Of a stretch of DNA of 62,550 bases, positions 26,957-36,670 are shown in pieces. The notes beneath the pieces were generated by a model. That model saw only the letters and a program-made list of their open reading frames with translations. It had not been told where the DNA came from and searched no databases. Numbering within the stretch: the first letter of the stretch is position 1; every line of letters starts with the position of its first letter. The position numbers and the translations under genes were made by a program. This stretch comes from a virus (Duplodnaviria > Caudoviricetes), in IMG/VR virus record IMGVR_UViG_3300020045_014212, positions 1-62,550 of that record, one strand, 5' to 3'.

Positions 26957-28908
26957 TAATGATGTTGTCTTCCTATTAACTGAGAGTCATTTACCACGTC
27001 AGTTAGAATCCTTGTTAACTGAACTCCAACTATGTTCTGTATTTCCTTCATATCAGTCATATTGCTGACCGTAAACTTAGGGTTATTCATTCCTATCATA
27101 TCATCAATATTGATAGTAATGTAATTAGAAGAATTGCCGCGTATGTGTTCGGGTTTGCCGAGGTCTATCTTTGGTGTTTTACGGCCAGCTGCTCCAGATG
27201 CTTGACTTGTGGATGGGTCGAAATCAAGTAGATATGGAAGGTTGTAGCCAAGACCTTTTAGTTTATCGTAAAGATCTTTATTTTGATGTGGGTTTACCTT
27301 ACCAAATTTATCATGACCGACAAGAACATCCATAATGTCAAATCCTAAATTATCTTTAGGGTCGACCTCTTCGCGTATTTTCTTTATGTAATTAAATAAA
27401 TCTTCTCCGGCAGGGTCTAGTTTTGCCTCTATATTGCCACCGTAAAACTTATTAAAGGATTTATTTCTAGTGTTAAAGTTTCTATCTATATATCCTTGAA
27501 GATTCTCGTGAACATCTTGACTAATTCCAGCCCTTTGTGCTTTCTTGTAATTTCCGGTTATTGGGTCAAAAATAGAAAAACTATATCCCTCATCGCCGAA
27601 TCTTCCGTGAATAGCATTAACGAGACTTCCTAAAACTTCGCCAGCTATATACGCTATCCCTACTGCTATAACGGTTCCTGCGACATTTCCACCAAACGAA
27701 GATCTTGCGGTTGTTCCGGCAACAGTAGCTCCTTGGTTTACCCTTGAAAGCAATGCCGCTTGCTCGGCACCAGTTATAGCACCCATTCCAACAGCAACTT
27801 CTGACTGGAGGAGAATCAGTGCTCGCATATTAGCATTCAAAATCTCCATCTGCGTATTTAGGGCAGCAGTAGAAGAAGTTTGTGTTATGGTGTTGCGTAT
27901 GAATAAGCCCTGAATACTAGCATATGCACTTGTAGTAAGGTTTATTCCAAGCTGCAACAATTTAAACTCTGCATAACCTTTCAGAACATGAAACAAAACC
28001 CCACCAATTGCTTCCAATCCAGCTTTATGTTCCTTCATCCAACCAACCGCATCTCCAAGACCATGAAAGAAACCGATTAATTCTGGCTTCAAGTCCATTA
28101 CGACAGAGTTCTTGAAGTCTAACCAAGCATTGTGAAGGTCATTTGTTTCAGATGTTATGGTTTTTAACGCTTCTGGCAATCCACCTTCGACTGCCTCTTT
28201 ATACGACTGAACAGCCCTTACGATTATATCAGCAGGTAATCCTAACTTTGTTAATTTACCAGAAGATATTAATCTAGAAAGTTTTTGTAATGCAGTAGCC
28301 TCCTCTTGTTCATTATCTTTATGTAAAAGATCATCATCTTTTAGACCCAATTCTTTAGCCAAAAACGGAACAATCTGCGGGTGAACATAAGATAAACCTC
28401 TTAAGTGACGAGCCTCTAAAACTCCTTCACCTAACATTATACTTATATTCCGTATTGTTGCATCAAGTTCGTTTTGAGGTAATCCAGATACTTTAGATAT
28501 GGTTTGAAGATTATCAAATAGCGTTCTTTGTACATCACTTGATAATCCAGCATTCTTTATTTTAAGCAAAAAACTACCATAAGAATCAGCTGCATCTTGC
28601 AAGTCTATTTTGAACTTAGATACCTCATCTCGTATAAAAAACTGATTTTTAAGACCTTGCGTTGCATTTTCACTCGCATTTTTAATGCGAAGCATTGCAA
28701 CTTCGTAATCAGCAGCACCTTCAACAGCTCCTTGTACAAAGTCCTTCAGGTAGTGGGCTCCTAAACCAACTCCAAAAGCAGCTAACGTCTTTTGTAGTTG
28801 CCACATGCTAGAATCTAAATTCCTCGCAGCACTTTCATGAGCTTGCAAAGAAGCTAAGACGTTGCTGTTTAATTGAAGATTATAGACTACTTGCCTGCCT
28901 GTTGCCAT
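26956..28908 (-). CDS. Tape measure protein
   Basis: 650 aa, Ala/Gly-rich helical; follows the tail assembly chaperone. Confidence 0.8.
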   Translation of the reverse strand: MATGRQVVYNLQLNSNVLASLQAHESAARNLDSSMWQLQKTLAAFGVGLGAHYLKDFVQGAVEGAADYEVAMLRIKNASENATQGLKNQFFIRDEVSKFKIDLQDAADSYGSFLLKIKNAGLSSDVQRTLFDNLQTISKVSGLPQNELDATIRNISIMLGEGVLEARHLRGLSYVHPQIVPFLAKELGLKDDDLLHKDNEQEEATALQKLSRLISSGKLTKLGLPADIIVRAVQSYKEAVEGGLPEALKTITSETNDLHNAWLDFKNSVVMDLKPELIGFFHGLGDAVGWMKEHKAGLEAIGGVLFHVLKGYAEFKLLQLGINLTTSAYASIQGLFIRNTITQTSSTAALNTQMEILNANMRALILLQSEVAVGMGAITGAEQAALLSRVNQGATVAGTTARSSFGGNVAGTVIAVGIAYIAGEVLGSLVNAIHGRFGDEGYSFSIFDPITGNYKKAQRAGISQDVHENLQGYIDRNFNTRNKSFNKFYGGNIEAKLDPAGEDLFNYIKKIREEVDPKDNLGFDIMDVLVGHDKFGKVNPHQNKDLYDKLKGLGYNLPYLLDFDPSTSQASGAAGRKTPKIDLGKPEHIRGNSSNYITINIDDMIGMNNPKFTVSNMTDMKEIQNIVGVQLTRILTDVVNDSQLIGRQHH

Positions 28909-28911
28909 GTT

Positions 28912-29100
28912 TTATTCTTTCCACTCGCCAATTGTCTTTTTTACATATCGTAAATCAGACCACATTTGTAAAATTTCTTCGTCTGTAAATTCTTTCTCCT
29001 TCCAGGTCCGAATATCCATACAAAGAAAATAGCGGACAACTGCACATCTCTTAGTCCAGTCGTCCGCTATTTCAATATCGAGTTCCTCTAGTTTTTTTTT
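28912..29100 (-). CDS. -1 frameshift extension of the tail assembly chaperone (GT-like)
   Basis: A AAA AAC slippery site before TAG; -1 frame open ~60 codons (KLEELDIEIADDWTKRCAVVRYFL...GEWKE*) ending just before the TMP start. Confidence 0.8.
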   Translation of the reverse strand, partial: KKKLEELDIEIADDWTKRCAVVRYFLCMDIRTWKEKEFTDEEILQMWSDLRYVKKTIGEWKE

Positions 29101-29435
29101 GCTTGCGGATATGTGGCTCTCAAAAGAAGACCAATCTTACCGCACAATCCGATTTTCATTGATTCATCTTCTTCAACAATTTTGTCGCTATCTTCAGGAA
29201 TGAAAACGCTTTCAAAAAGTTGGAATCCAGCTTCGAATGCTTTGCCGGCTGACAGAAAATCGAAGGCGCGAATAGAAGGCAAAAGTGGCGGCGTGCGAAG
29301 GTATGCAACATAAATATCATCACCTTCGATGAAGTATTCAAATGTTACTGGCTTCTTTTTGTCTTTTGTTAAAGACTCTGCTCTTGCGGCAAAGGATTCA
29401 AGGATTGTAGCGAGGTTGTCTTGGGTGAATTTCAT
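29088..29435 (-). CDS. Tail assembly chaperone
   Basis: Between tube and tape measure genes; ends in KKN at a slippery site. Confidence 0.8.
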   Translation of the reverse strand: MKFTQDNLATILESFAARAESLTKDKKKPVTFEYFIEGDDIYVAYLRTPPLLPSIRAFDFLSAGKAFEAGFQLFESVFIPEDSDKIVEEDESMKIGLCGKIGLLLRATYPQAKKN

Positions 29436-29436
29436 T

Positions 29437-29865
29437 TTATGAAGTTGTTTTTTTGAGTCCTGCGAATATGAAAGGTAATGTCTGCCACATACCAGTGTTG
29501 CCTTGGTCTGCCTTAAATGAATCTTCCATGAATGCCACGTTAGATACTACGTCCTTTGCGAAATTTACTCCGTCACCAGAATACAAAACGATAAGTGTAG
29601 AAAGTGGATTGTTTGTAAAAGAACCACCTGAAGACGCTTTATTTATTTGGCGAACCTCGTCAGTAGAAAGCGTAATGGAGCCAGAGTATTCATTGTTTCC
29701 AACTCCGAAAGATACAGGGTCTGGGCCGGCTCCATGATTGAACTTCTTGTTAACCTTCTTAGAGTAGGAGATAGATGTTACTCCAACTAAAGGGATACCA
29801 TAAAGTATCACCTGAACATTGTTCCAAGAGTAGTTGATACCGTTTATTAAAATTGATTCTCCCAT
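29437..29865 (-). CDS. Tail tube protein
   Basis: LING..YSW.NV, GAG..PVS.G.GN..Y.GSITL; follows the sheath gene. Confidence 0.85.
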   Translation of the reverse strand: MGESILINGINYSWNNVQVILYGIPLVGVTSISYSKKVNKKFNHGAGPDPVSFGVGNNEYSGSITLSTDEVRQINKASSGGSFTNNPLSTLIVLYSGDGVNFAKDVVSNVAFMEDSFKADQGNTGMWQTLPFIFAGLKKTTS

Positions 29866-29868
29866 ATC

Positions 29869-31455
29869 TTAAAGTGTTCCAAATCCTACGTTAACAGTAA
29901 TGTTTCTTGCAATACCGTTTCTTACAATTGTAACGAAAACGATAAGGTTATTTGTTTCCACTACATCTTGCGTAGGGTCAATTTCAACGGATACTCCAGA
30001 TATTAATGGAAGTGAACCGTATCCAGTAATCATTCCTGCTGTTATCGCATCCAATCCTGCGCCTTCGAAATAAGCAACAGCTGCATCGGTAAGTGTACCA
30101 TCTGCATTGAATATGATTTCAGAACTCAGGAGCGGAACATACGTTTGACGACAAATCCTTTGAACTTTTTGAATAGTCCTATTATCGTTAACGTAAGCAA
30201 AATCATCTGAGTTAACTATGCAGGTACGGTTATCATTCCAGTATGTTCCAACCTTAACATCACCCCATGTTCTGAAGAATGTATAGTTGTAGTTCTGAAG
30301 TTGGATTTGACCGCCATTAGAAACAGCAGATGATAATTGTCCGTTTGCAAATGCCGGAGTATTATTCTCTATGCCGTTGCTCATGTTGAAAGTATCAATA
30401 GGCTGTGCGTCCGAAGCGCTTACCCTTGATTTGGCAATAGATGCAAGTTTTGCGCCAATATTACCTACAGACTGCCCCGATTGAACAAACAACAACGCTC
30501 CATCAGCGAGGCCGTCCTGCGATATTACACACTGGCAATTACCTGCTGTGTTAAGATTTTGGTCTGGATACGTTGTTATGTCTGCAACCGGCTTAACGTT
30601 TGGAGCGTAAACAACAACACAAGGTGCAGTTTGTTCCAAAGTATCAACCGCATTTTGAACAGTCAAAAGTGAAGCTGTTATATTTGCAGCAAGACCAGTT
30701 GTTGTGCTTGTGTCGTATATGCCAATCTGCCTTAGTTTACCAAGTGCGGCCTGATTTTGCAACGTTACAATTTCATTCCTTGAGGACGTAGCGGAAATAA
30801 TGCCAACCCAAAGCGTTCCACCTGTACCGAATATCCTGAAGTATTCAGATATTTGATAAAACCAGATAGCGTATTGCGATGCAGTACCTCCGGCAAATTG
30901 AGTTATTGTTCCAGTTATATCTGTATCTGAAACGTCAATATCAAGTGGAGAGCCAGTGTTCAACGAAACACCATCTTTCTTGCGTGCGGTTATTGACAAT
31001 TCATTGTCTGCGGAACTGTATGTAGCAGAAAATCCGTGAGTTACGGTTCCGGCATTTATAAAGATAACCAAATTAGCTCCGAGCGTATCAATTACGGTAT
31101 CTCCGCTAACTGTGGTGTAAGTGCCTATCGAAACTGTATCAACAGCACCATTTTGTTGAGGAACATCAACTGAAAAAACAATAGTTTCTCCGGCTGCCGT
31201 TGCTGCTGTTAGTATTTCATATATTGCTACTGCCGCTGTATTTTCTGTGTTTGGAAGTATTCCAGCCGAAGTTGCATCTGCTGCTGAAAACAATTGTTGA
31301 GCCTTGATATTTGGAGAGCCGGTGTAAGTATCCCACTTCCCAGTTACAGATGGCGCAGTACCATAAAACATTAAACCAGAATAATAGTCAAACCCAGGAA
31401 GTGGTCTACCACTTCCGCCATTCAACGTATTAATTGTAACTGAAGGAAAGCTCAT
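29869..31455 (-). CDS. Contractile tail sheath protein (DUF2586-like)
   Basis: 528 aa; G.YWND, Y....RTI.KV.R, IDP.QDV...N.L C-terminal sheath pattern. Confidence 0.85.
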   Translation of the reverse strand: MSFPSVTINTLNGGSGRPLPGFDYYSGLMFYGTAPSVTGKWDTYTGSPNIKAQQLFSAADATSAGILPNTENTAAVAIYEILTAATAAGETIVFSVDVPQQNGAVDTVSIGTYTTVSGDTVIDTLGANLVIFINAGTVTHGFSATYSSADNELSITARKKDGVSLNTGSPLDIDVSDTDITGTITQFAGGTASQYAIWFYQISEYFRIFGTGGTLWVGIISATSSRNEIVTLQNQAALGKLRQIGIYDTSTTTGLAANITASLLTVQNAVDTLEQTAPCVVVYAPNVKPVADITTYPDQNLNTAGNCQCVISQDGLADGALLFVQSGQSVGNIGAKLASIAKSRVSASDAQPIDTFNMSNGIENNTPAFANGQLSSAVSNGGQIQLQNYNYTFFRTWGDVKVGTYWNDNRTCIVNSDDFAYVNDNRTIQKVQRICRQTYVPLLSSEIIFNADGTLTDAAVAYFEGAGLDAITAGMITGYGSLPLISGVSVEIDPTQDVVETNNLIVFVTIVRNGIARNITVNVGFGTL

Positions 31456-31473
31456 GTTTGTTGTATTTGTAAA

Positions 31474-31914
31474 TTAAAGGTCGGAGGCTGGGGCTTCTTG
31501 TGGCATCACATTAGAAGGCAAAAGTAGCGAGCGAATTTGCGCCAATTCTTCAGGAGTCGCTTTGGCTAATCTCTGAACGATTGTCAAATCTTCTTCGTCA
31601 AAGTTTTCGGCAAGAACTTCTTCGCGGGAGATTTTTCCAACAATCAAAGTTATTTTCTTGCCTTTAGAAACAACTTCTGTTCTTTTTTCAACGTTGTGAA
31701 TCCCAGGAATAACCCTACGAGAATGAAATTCGCCAGTACCATAGAGTTGATAATCAATCCCCTCTTTTTTATCCTTCACCTCAGCCCAAGTTACGAGTGT
31801 TTCTCCAAGTTGCGGAAATGCATTAAAGTAATGATTTCCCAAAGTATCGAAATAAACAAACTTGTGTTCAGGGTGAAGTTTTAGTACGAGCTGAATATCC
31901 TTATTTGCTTTCAT
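31474..31914 (-). CDS. Hypothetical protein, head-tail region
   Basis: Start likely MKANKD, just after leader element copy 3. Confidence 0.6.
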   Translation of the reverse strand: MKANKDIQLVLKLHPEHKFVYFDTLGNHYFNAFPQLGETLVTWAEVKDKKEGIDYQLYGTGEFHSRRVIPGIHNVEKRTEVVSKGKKITLIVGKISREEVLAENFDEEDLTIVQRLAKATPEELAQIRSLLLPSNVMPQEAPASDL

Positions 31915-31927
31915 AAAAATTTGAGGT

Positions 31928-31962
31928 TTTTCACCCGAAAACCCCGTCCTTTCGGTACGGGG
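31928..31962 (-). promoter_or_regulatory. Bulged-A hairpin + GGUGAAA element (copy 3)
   Basis: CCCCGT-A-CC GAAA GG-ACGGGG TTTTCGGGTGAAA. Confidence 0.75.
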
Positions 31963-31988
31963 CATTCGATTCTCAATCAACCTCGACT

Positions 31989-32456
31989 TTACGCCTGTAT
32001 GACTCTGGATTGCTCCATCCAGATTGTGCCGTCACAGACAAATGTTATAACAACCCTCTTGGTACTGGCAGGAAGTAATTTTGTACCTGTGGATGAAACC
32101 CCCCACTGAGTTGCAAGACCGGAATATCCAAGTAAATTTACAAAATGGCTCGAACCGCTTGTGTTCTCAACAATAACCGTCATTACACTTCCGGTAAATG
32201 ATGTTGCTGTACTTTTGATAGCCAGTACACAGGAATCGGTCAGTGTCAGAACATACAGTTTGTTCCAGTTGTTAGGAGTTATTACGATTGTATCAACCGT
32301 AGCTCCCGCTGTATCAGCAATGTTTGCAAGTGCATAAGTTAGCACTCCGCCGGTGTTGTTCTGATTTGACGCCGTACCGAAAAGTGGCCTTCCTGTATAT
32401 GATTGAAAAATTCCGAATCCCAGTGCAAGGCAAACTAAAAGCAATAATTTTTTCAT
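31989..32456 (-). CDS. Signal-peptide beta-rich protein directly after the capsid gene
   Basis: MKKLLLLVCLALGFG; C-terminal VITFVCDGTIWME..R. Confidence 0.65.
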   Translation of the reverse strand: MKKLLLLVCLALGFGIFQSYTGRPLFGTASNQNNTGGVLTYALANIADTAGATVDTIVITPNNWNKLYVLTLTDSCVLAIKSTATSFTGSVMTVIVENTSGSSHFVNLLGYSGLATQWGVSSTGTKLLPASTKRVVITFVCDGTIWMEQSRVIQA

Positions 32457-32466
32457 CGTTAGATTT

Positions 32467-32510
32467 TTTTCACCTCAAAACCCCGTTCCTTGTGAGGATA
32501 CGGGGTTTTT
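32467..32510 (-). promoter_or_regulatory. Bulged-A hairpin + GGUGAAA element (copy 4)
   Basis: CCCCGT-A-TCCT CACA AGGA-ACGGGG TTTTGAGGTGAAA. Confidence 0.75.
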
Positions 32511-32525
32511 TGAAATTTTATATTA

Positions 32526-33545
32526 TTAAGCTCCACCTTCCGAAGGTTCGAAGCTCGCTTCCGTGAGTGTGGTGTACATAAAGATTTCCTGTGGCCAGCC
32601 GTAGTTAACGCACCACTTCCATTTAGCCAACATGAAGTAGCTTTCAGAGTTGTTGGTAACTTGGTCAACCCTCAAGTCCCAATCCTTCTGCGAGTTCATA
32701 CCAACCCAAAGGTTTGAACGCTCGGCATCATCTGTTGCGCGGCAGAATAGAACAGTATTATCAGGCATACCGGCAATGCGAACAACCTCATAACCACCCC
32801 ACCTTCCTGCGCTTGAAGCATCAAGTGAGTTACCTTTAAAGGTTGTACCTGTACGAAGTGCTTGTCCGTAGATGTTGTATGTCTTTGCCGACATAAGGAA
32901 CTTCATATCCTGGAAGGTGCGCTCGTCAGTAATCAACGCCTTAACCAAGCGCGATGCTTCAGAAACCAAATCATCCAGAATGGTAAGGATATTTGATGTA
33001 GTGATAGCAACAGGGGAAATTGTGCTCAGGTTAATCAGAGGGTCATTTACCATCTGCTGAATAAACCCATTGAAATACTGCACCTGATAACGCTCATCCG
33101 AAGATGTATAGTGACCCTGATACGCAGTGGAACCAACCCAGATACCGTTTTCAAGTTGCTCAGCAGAACGACCCAATAGAACAGTGAATAATTGTGTGGC
33201 GAGTTCAACCGGAATCTGGCGAGCAAGGATTGCATCAGCCAACTGCAGACCCAACTGCGACACTTCAAAATCACGAGGGTTGATTACCCTGTACGCCTGA
33301 ACGTCCTGCGGAATCAAAGTCCTTCCGTCAATTACGAAAGGATTCTGACCATCATCTGTCGGTGTTTCCTGACGCGGAGAAAGTGGATTCTCGAGATCAA
33401 GGCGGTCAATTGTATGCAGCTTCTTGATGCCTGATTCAACGTAGCATATACCTTTCTTAAGGGTATCCATGCCGTACATTGCGCGTTTTATGAGATATGG
33501 CGCGTAGGTTCCGCTAAATGAAGTATCTAAAATTGAAATTCCCAT
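32526..33545 (-). CDS. Major capsid protein
   Basis: 339 aa directly after the protease/scaffold gene; E..IW.G, FNGF and SNLWVG motifs. Confidence 0.8.
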   Translation of the reverse strand: MGISILDTSFSGTYAPYLIKRAMYGMDTLKKGICYVESGIKKLHTIDRLDLENPLSPRQETPTDDGQNPFVIDGRTLIPQDVQAYRVINPRDFEVSQLGLQLADAILARQIPVELATQLFTVLLGRSAEQLENGIWVGSTAYQGHYTSSDERYQVQYFNGFIQQMVNDPLINLSTISPVAITTSNILTILDDLVSEASRLVKALITDERTFQDMKFLMSAKTYNIYGQALRTGTTFKGNSLDASSAGRWGGYEVVRIAGMPDNTVLFCRATDDAERSNLWVGMNSQKDWDLRVDQVTNNSESYFMLAKWKWCVNYGWPQEIFMYTTLTEASFEPSEGGA

Positions 33546-33554
33546 TGTAAAGTT

Positions 33555-33594
33555 TTTTCACCTCAAAATCCCGCAATCCAGTAAGGATGCGGGT
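33555..33594 (-). promoter_or_regulatory. Hairpin + GGUGAAA element (copy 5)
   Basis: CCCGCATCC TTACT GGA-T-TGCGGG ATTTTGAGGTGAAA upstream of the capsid gene. Confidence 0.7.
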
Positions 33595-33619
33595 TGATGA
33601 GTGTGCAACTGTCGTGCGA

Positions 33620-34843
33620 CTATGCAACTTTCTTTCTTGCTTCTCTGTTCATTTTGACGAAGTCCTCGTCTTTTGCATTGAGGTCAAGGCCGAGATCTTT
33701 GTTTTCAAATTTCGGAGCCGGCAACTTCATATTCACAGGCATCATTTCCATGAGGAGTTTTGTGCCTTCAAAGTCGTTGGTCAATTTCAGCATTGCCACC
33801 CTCTTTGATTCTTCATCGTCCTTCAGGCGGCCAGTAGCAACCATCTGATTGTAGAATGTTTCTGCGCGGTCACTTATCCTTTTTGCTTCAACGGCTTCTT
33901 TTTCCGCCTTGAGTGCATTGAACTCGTTCTGGAAAACATCTGTCTTTGAGCACATATTATCGTACTCATTTTTCAGATTATCGAACTCTTTCTTCTTATT
34001 CGACATATCCGTTGACATTGTATCCATCTCGTTCTGCATTTTGTTCATACGAGACTTCAACTCTTCCTGAGACTCATTTTTGAGCTTCAGTTGGTTTTTG
34101 AGGTCAGCAACTTCGGCATTGGCGAAAGTTACTTTGTTTTCGAAAGAAGCCAGAGCGGTAAGCATATCTTTTTCAGACGAACCTTCTGCAAGACCAAGTT
34201 TATTCAAAAGAGTAGGAAACATATTCTGTTGTTTTTTAACGTAAGTATTTAAAAATATTTTTGTAGAGCGAACTTTGTTTTTGAAATCTCCGATTGCTTG
34301 AGGTATTGAATAATCAACTATATTGTCAATCAATCCCTCTTCCTTCATTTGGTCGGCATTCCATACAGTTTCAGACTTCATTAATTCCAAAATGTCTTCT
34401 GTACTTTTTTTAGGTTTACCATTCCTTCCAGACTTTGTGGAAATAACAATGGCGACCATTTTACCAACCCTGTTCAAAAGGTCGCTGCCAGAATTTTCCG
34501 AAGTAACCAAATGGCACATCCACTCTGAATGCTTATCCATTAGTACCTCGTCTGCTGCTAAGGCAATCCAACCAGCTGTCGAATAAGCGAAACCACTTAT
34601 AACCGACCTTGTTTTCGATTTTGCATTAGCAATTGACGAAAACATACTCAATCCCTTTTTAACATCGCCACCCCAAGAATTAGTGTAGTATGTTATAAGT
34701 TGTGGAGCAAGACCATCTACTTCAAAGAACTCTTTAGCAAATAAGTTACCGTCAATTCCAATTCCATCTTCATCACTGTCACCGATATGGTCGTTTATGA
34801 GGAATATTGGTTCTTGGCTGGTATGATTTATTGCATATTGCAT
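33620..34843 (-). CDS. ClpP-like head maturation protease fused to coiled-coil scaffold
   Basis: NS.GGDV..G, G.AYSTA..I, M.H, ETVW.A...GLID; long C-terminal coiled coil. Confidence 0.88.
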   Translation of the reverse strand: MQYAINHTSQEPIFLINDHIGDSDEDGIGIDGNLFAKEFFEVDGLAPQLITYYTNSWGGDVKKGLSMFSSIANAKSKTRSVISGFAYSTAGWIALAADEVLMDKHSEWMCHLVTSENSGSDLLNRVGKMVAIVISTKSGRNGKPKKSTEDILELMKSETVWNADQMKEEGLIDNIVDYSIPQAIGDFKNKVRSTKIFLNTYVKKQQNMFPTLLNKLGLAEGSSEKDMLTALASFENKVTFANAEVADLKNQLKLKNESQEELKSRMNKMQNEMDTMSTDMSNKKKEFDNLKNEYDNMCSKTDVFQNEFNALKAEKEAVEAKRISDRAETFYNQMVATGRLKDDEESKRVAMLKLTNDFEGTKLLMEMMPVNMKLPAPKFENKDLGLDLNAKDEDFVKMNREARKKVA

Positions 34844-34852
34844 TCGCTATGA

Positions 34853-34890
34853 CAAATATACACACACATTCGGCTGTACGAACAAACCAC
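34853..34890 (-). promoter_or_regulatory. Promoter for the head-tail operon
   Basis: TATATTTG at 34853-34860 with TTTG about 21 nt upstream. Confidence 0.7.
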
Positions 34891-34923
34891 CACACATTTT
34901 TTGTATGGTACGAAAAAATCCAC

Positions 34924-35151
34924 CTATTGAGGTGGATTCTTTACTTTTATTGGAGCGTCTTGGTGTTCGTTTGGTAACTTTATCAATACTTTTGATAGGT
35001 AATAATTAACTAACCAACTTTCAGATTGCCTACATGCTTGTAATTTAACTTGAAATGCTGCATAAACATCATCCTCTAAATAAGAGGTTACCTTTGTTGG
35101 ATGAGTTCGTTTTTTATAATAATTTTTTTTAGGCGGAGGTTGTTGAGACAT
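34924..35151 (-). CDS. Small basic protein, possible ribbon-helix-helix regulator
   Basis: KVTSYLEDDVYAAF...SESWLVNYYL. Confidence 0.45.
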   Translation of the reverse strand: MSQQPPPKKNYYKKRTHPTKVTSYLEDDVYAAFQVKLQACRQSESWLVNYYLSKVLIKLPNEHQDAPIKVKNPPQ

Positions 35152-35154
35152 AGG

Positions 35155-35919
35155 TTATCCTTGACTTACGAGTGTTGCTAAAAATGTGTGGTCTCCCGTT
35201 GATGAATTTACACCAAGGTATCTAATTAATATATTACAAGGGTCTGTAGTTATTCCGAGAAACGTTCCTACCTGTATTATTGCCTGACCGGATACTGTTG
35301 CAAAAGTAAAGTCATCTGCTCCAGAGAATGCTTGGAACCTTATAGAGTGAGTGGCTCCAACATAAGCTCTTGTTGTATCAAGTGTTATTAATGTTGTTGC
35401 ACTCGAGGCATTTATTATTGAGAAATTGTCGTTTTGAAAAGTAAGTGTTGTGTCTCCAGCATTTGCAACAAAGTTAGAAACAAGCTTTTGCGGCATATCA
35501 ACTATATAATTAGCGAGCAACGGGTCTCCGCCTCCGGCTGCACCAAACGCCATCTTTCTAATGTTACAAACGTTACGAGGCGTACCATCAGAAAAGTCAA
35601 TTGGGTCTGCGTTTGTTGTGTACTGAGTTGTTACTACTCCGAATGTAGCACTACCTAAAAATGTAGCAGCATCAGTAAGATAAAACTCGTCATTATAGAA
35701 AACCGCACCTTCTGTAATTGTCGTAGTTGGCCCTGCCGTAATTGTAATTTCTACACCCCAAAGTCTATATACCTTAGTGGCATCGTAGGAGTCGCCTATC
35801 ATCGAGCGAATGGTGGAGGTAAAGCCCTCCCTAAATGCAAGTTGCAAAAATTCAAATACTCCAGACTTAGTAAACAAGATATTGGTACTGGAGCAGGCGG
35901 AAACGTCAAATTTTTTCAT
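35155..35919 (-). CDS. Baseplate/tail fibre attachment protein
   Basis: LWGV...ITEGAVFYNDEFY; follows the wedge genes. Confidence 0.55.
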   Translation of the reverse strand: MKKFDVSACSSTNILFTKSGVFEFLQLAFREGFTSTIRSMIGDSYDATKVYRLWGVEITITAGPTTTITEGAVFYNDEFYLTDAATFLGSATFGVVTTQYTTNADPIDFSDGTPRNVCNIRKMAFGAAGGGDPLLANYIVDMPQKLVSNFVANAGDTTLTFQNDNFSIINASSATTLITLDTTRAYVGATHSIRFQAFSGADDFTFATVSGQAIIQVGTFLGITTDPCNILIRYLGVNSSTGDHTFLATLVSQG

Positions 35920-35920
35920 A

Positions 35921-36670
35921 TTAATAAGTTGCTATTTCGTATTCGATACCAACTGCGCAGTATCTGTCAACAAAGTTTCGTACTATTTTTTCGGCTATTG
36001 TCGCATTAGAATTGATACTCGCATACACCGATACGGGAATATTTATCTGAAATTTATAAGAACTTGCAGCCCCTATAATTGATATTGTTGCGAGACCGTT
36101 AGTGGAAGAGACAGTATTAATTCCTCCCAATGACTGTGTAGCCGAAGAAAAGGCAAAGCTAACATATTCTGGAGGTAGTGCTGAAATATAAATATCGGAT
36201 AGTGGTAATTGTCCAGTTCCAGAATAAGATGTAGGTTGCCTGAACCCAACGAAACCATTATCACTTAACTCTTTTCGAAATTGTCTATTCAAGGCCATTT
36301 CCAAAACAATTCGAGAAGCTTTGAACCTTATCCTTTCCTGTATTCCAAGATTAGGAGCAACGTATAGCCATTTTGAACTTCCGACTGGGAAAGTAGCAGC
36401 GTTTGACTCTTGCGATTCATACACTCCAAATGAAGTCATTACTTTTCTTCCTTTCGCATATGTAGTTGCGTTATTCCAATAAGCTACAGTAGAACCATAA
36501 ACGAAGTCGGAAAATATTCCGTACAATCTTACGGCATTTCCTTGTATTCCTTTGAACCATTGTATGAATCTAAAAAAAGTGAAAGTAGTACCATCTTCCC
36601 TTAATTCAGAGTGTTTGGATGGAGGCAATACATTTAAAGAAATGTTTTCTGGATTTATAACTGGAATCAT
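35921..36670 (-). CDS. Baseplate wedge protein (gpI-like) with CBM-like insert
   Basis: VLEMALNRQF, F.I.IP, V.RY...G..Y.I..Y; follows the J-like gene. Confidence 0.65.
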   Translation of the reverse strand: MIPVINPENISLNVLPPSKHSELREDGTTFTFFRFIQWFKGIQGNAVRLYGIFSDFVYGSTVAYWNNATTYAKGRKVMTSFGVYESQESNAATFPVGSSKWLYVAPNLGIQERIRFKASRIVLEMALNRQFRKELSDNGFVGFRQPTSYSGTGQLPLSDIYISALPPEYVSFAFSSATQSLGGINTVSSTNGLATISIIGAASSYKFQINIPVSVYASINSNATIAEKIVRNFVDRYCAVGIEYEIATY

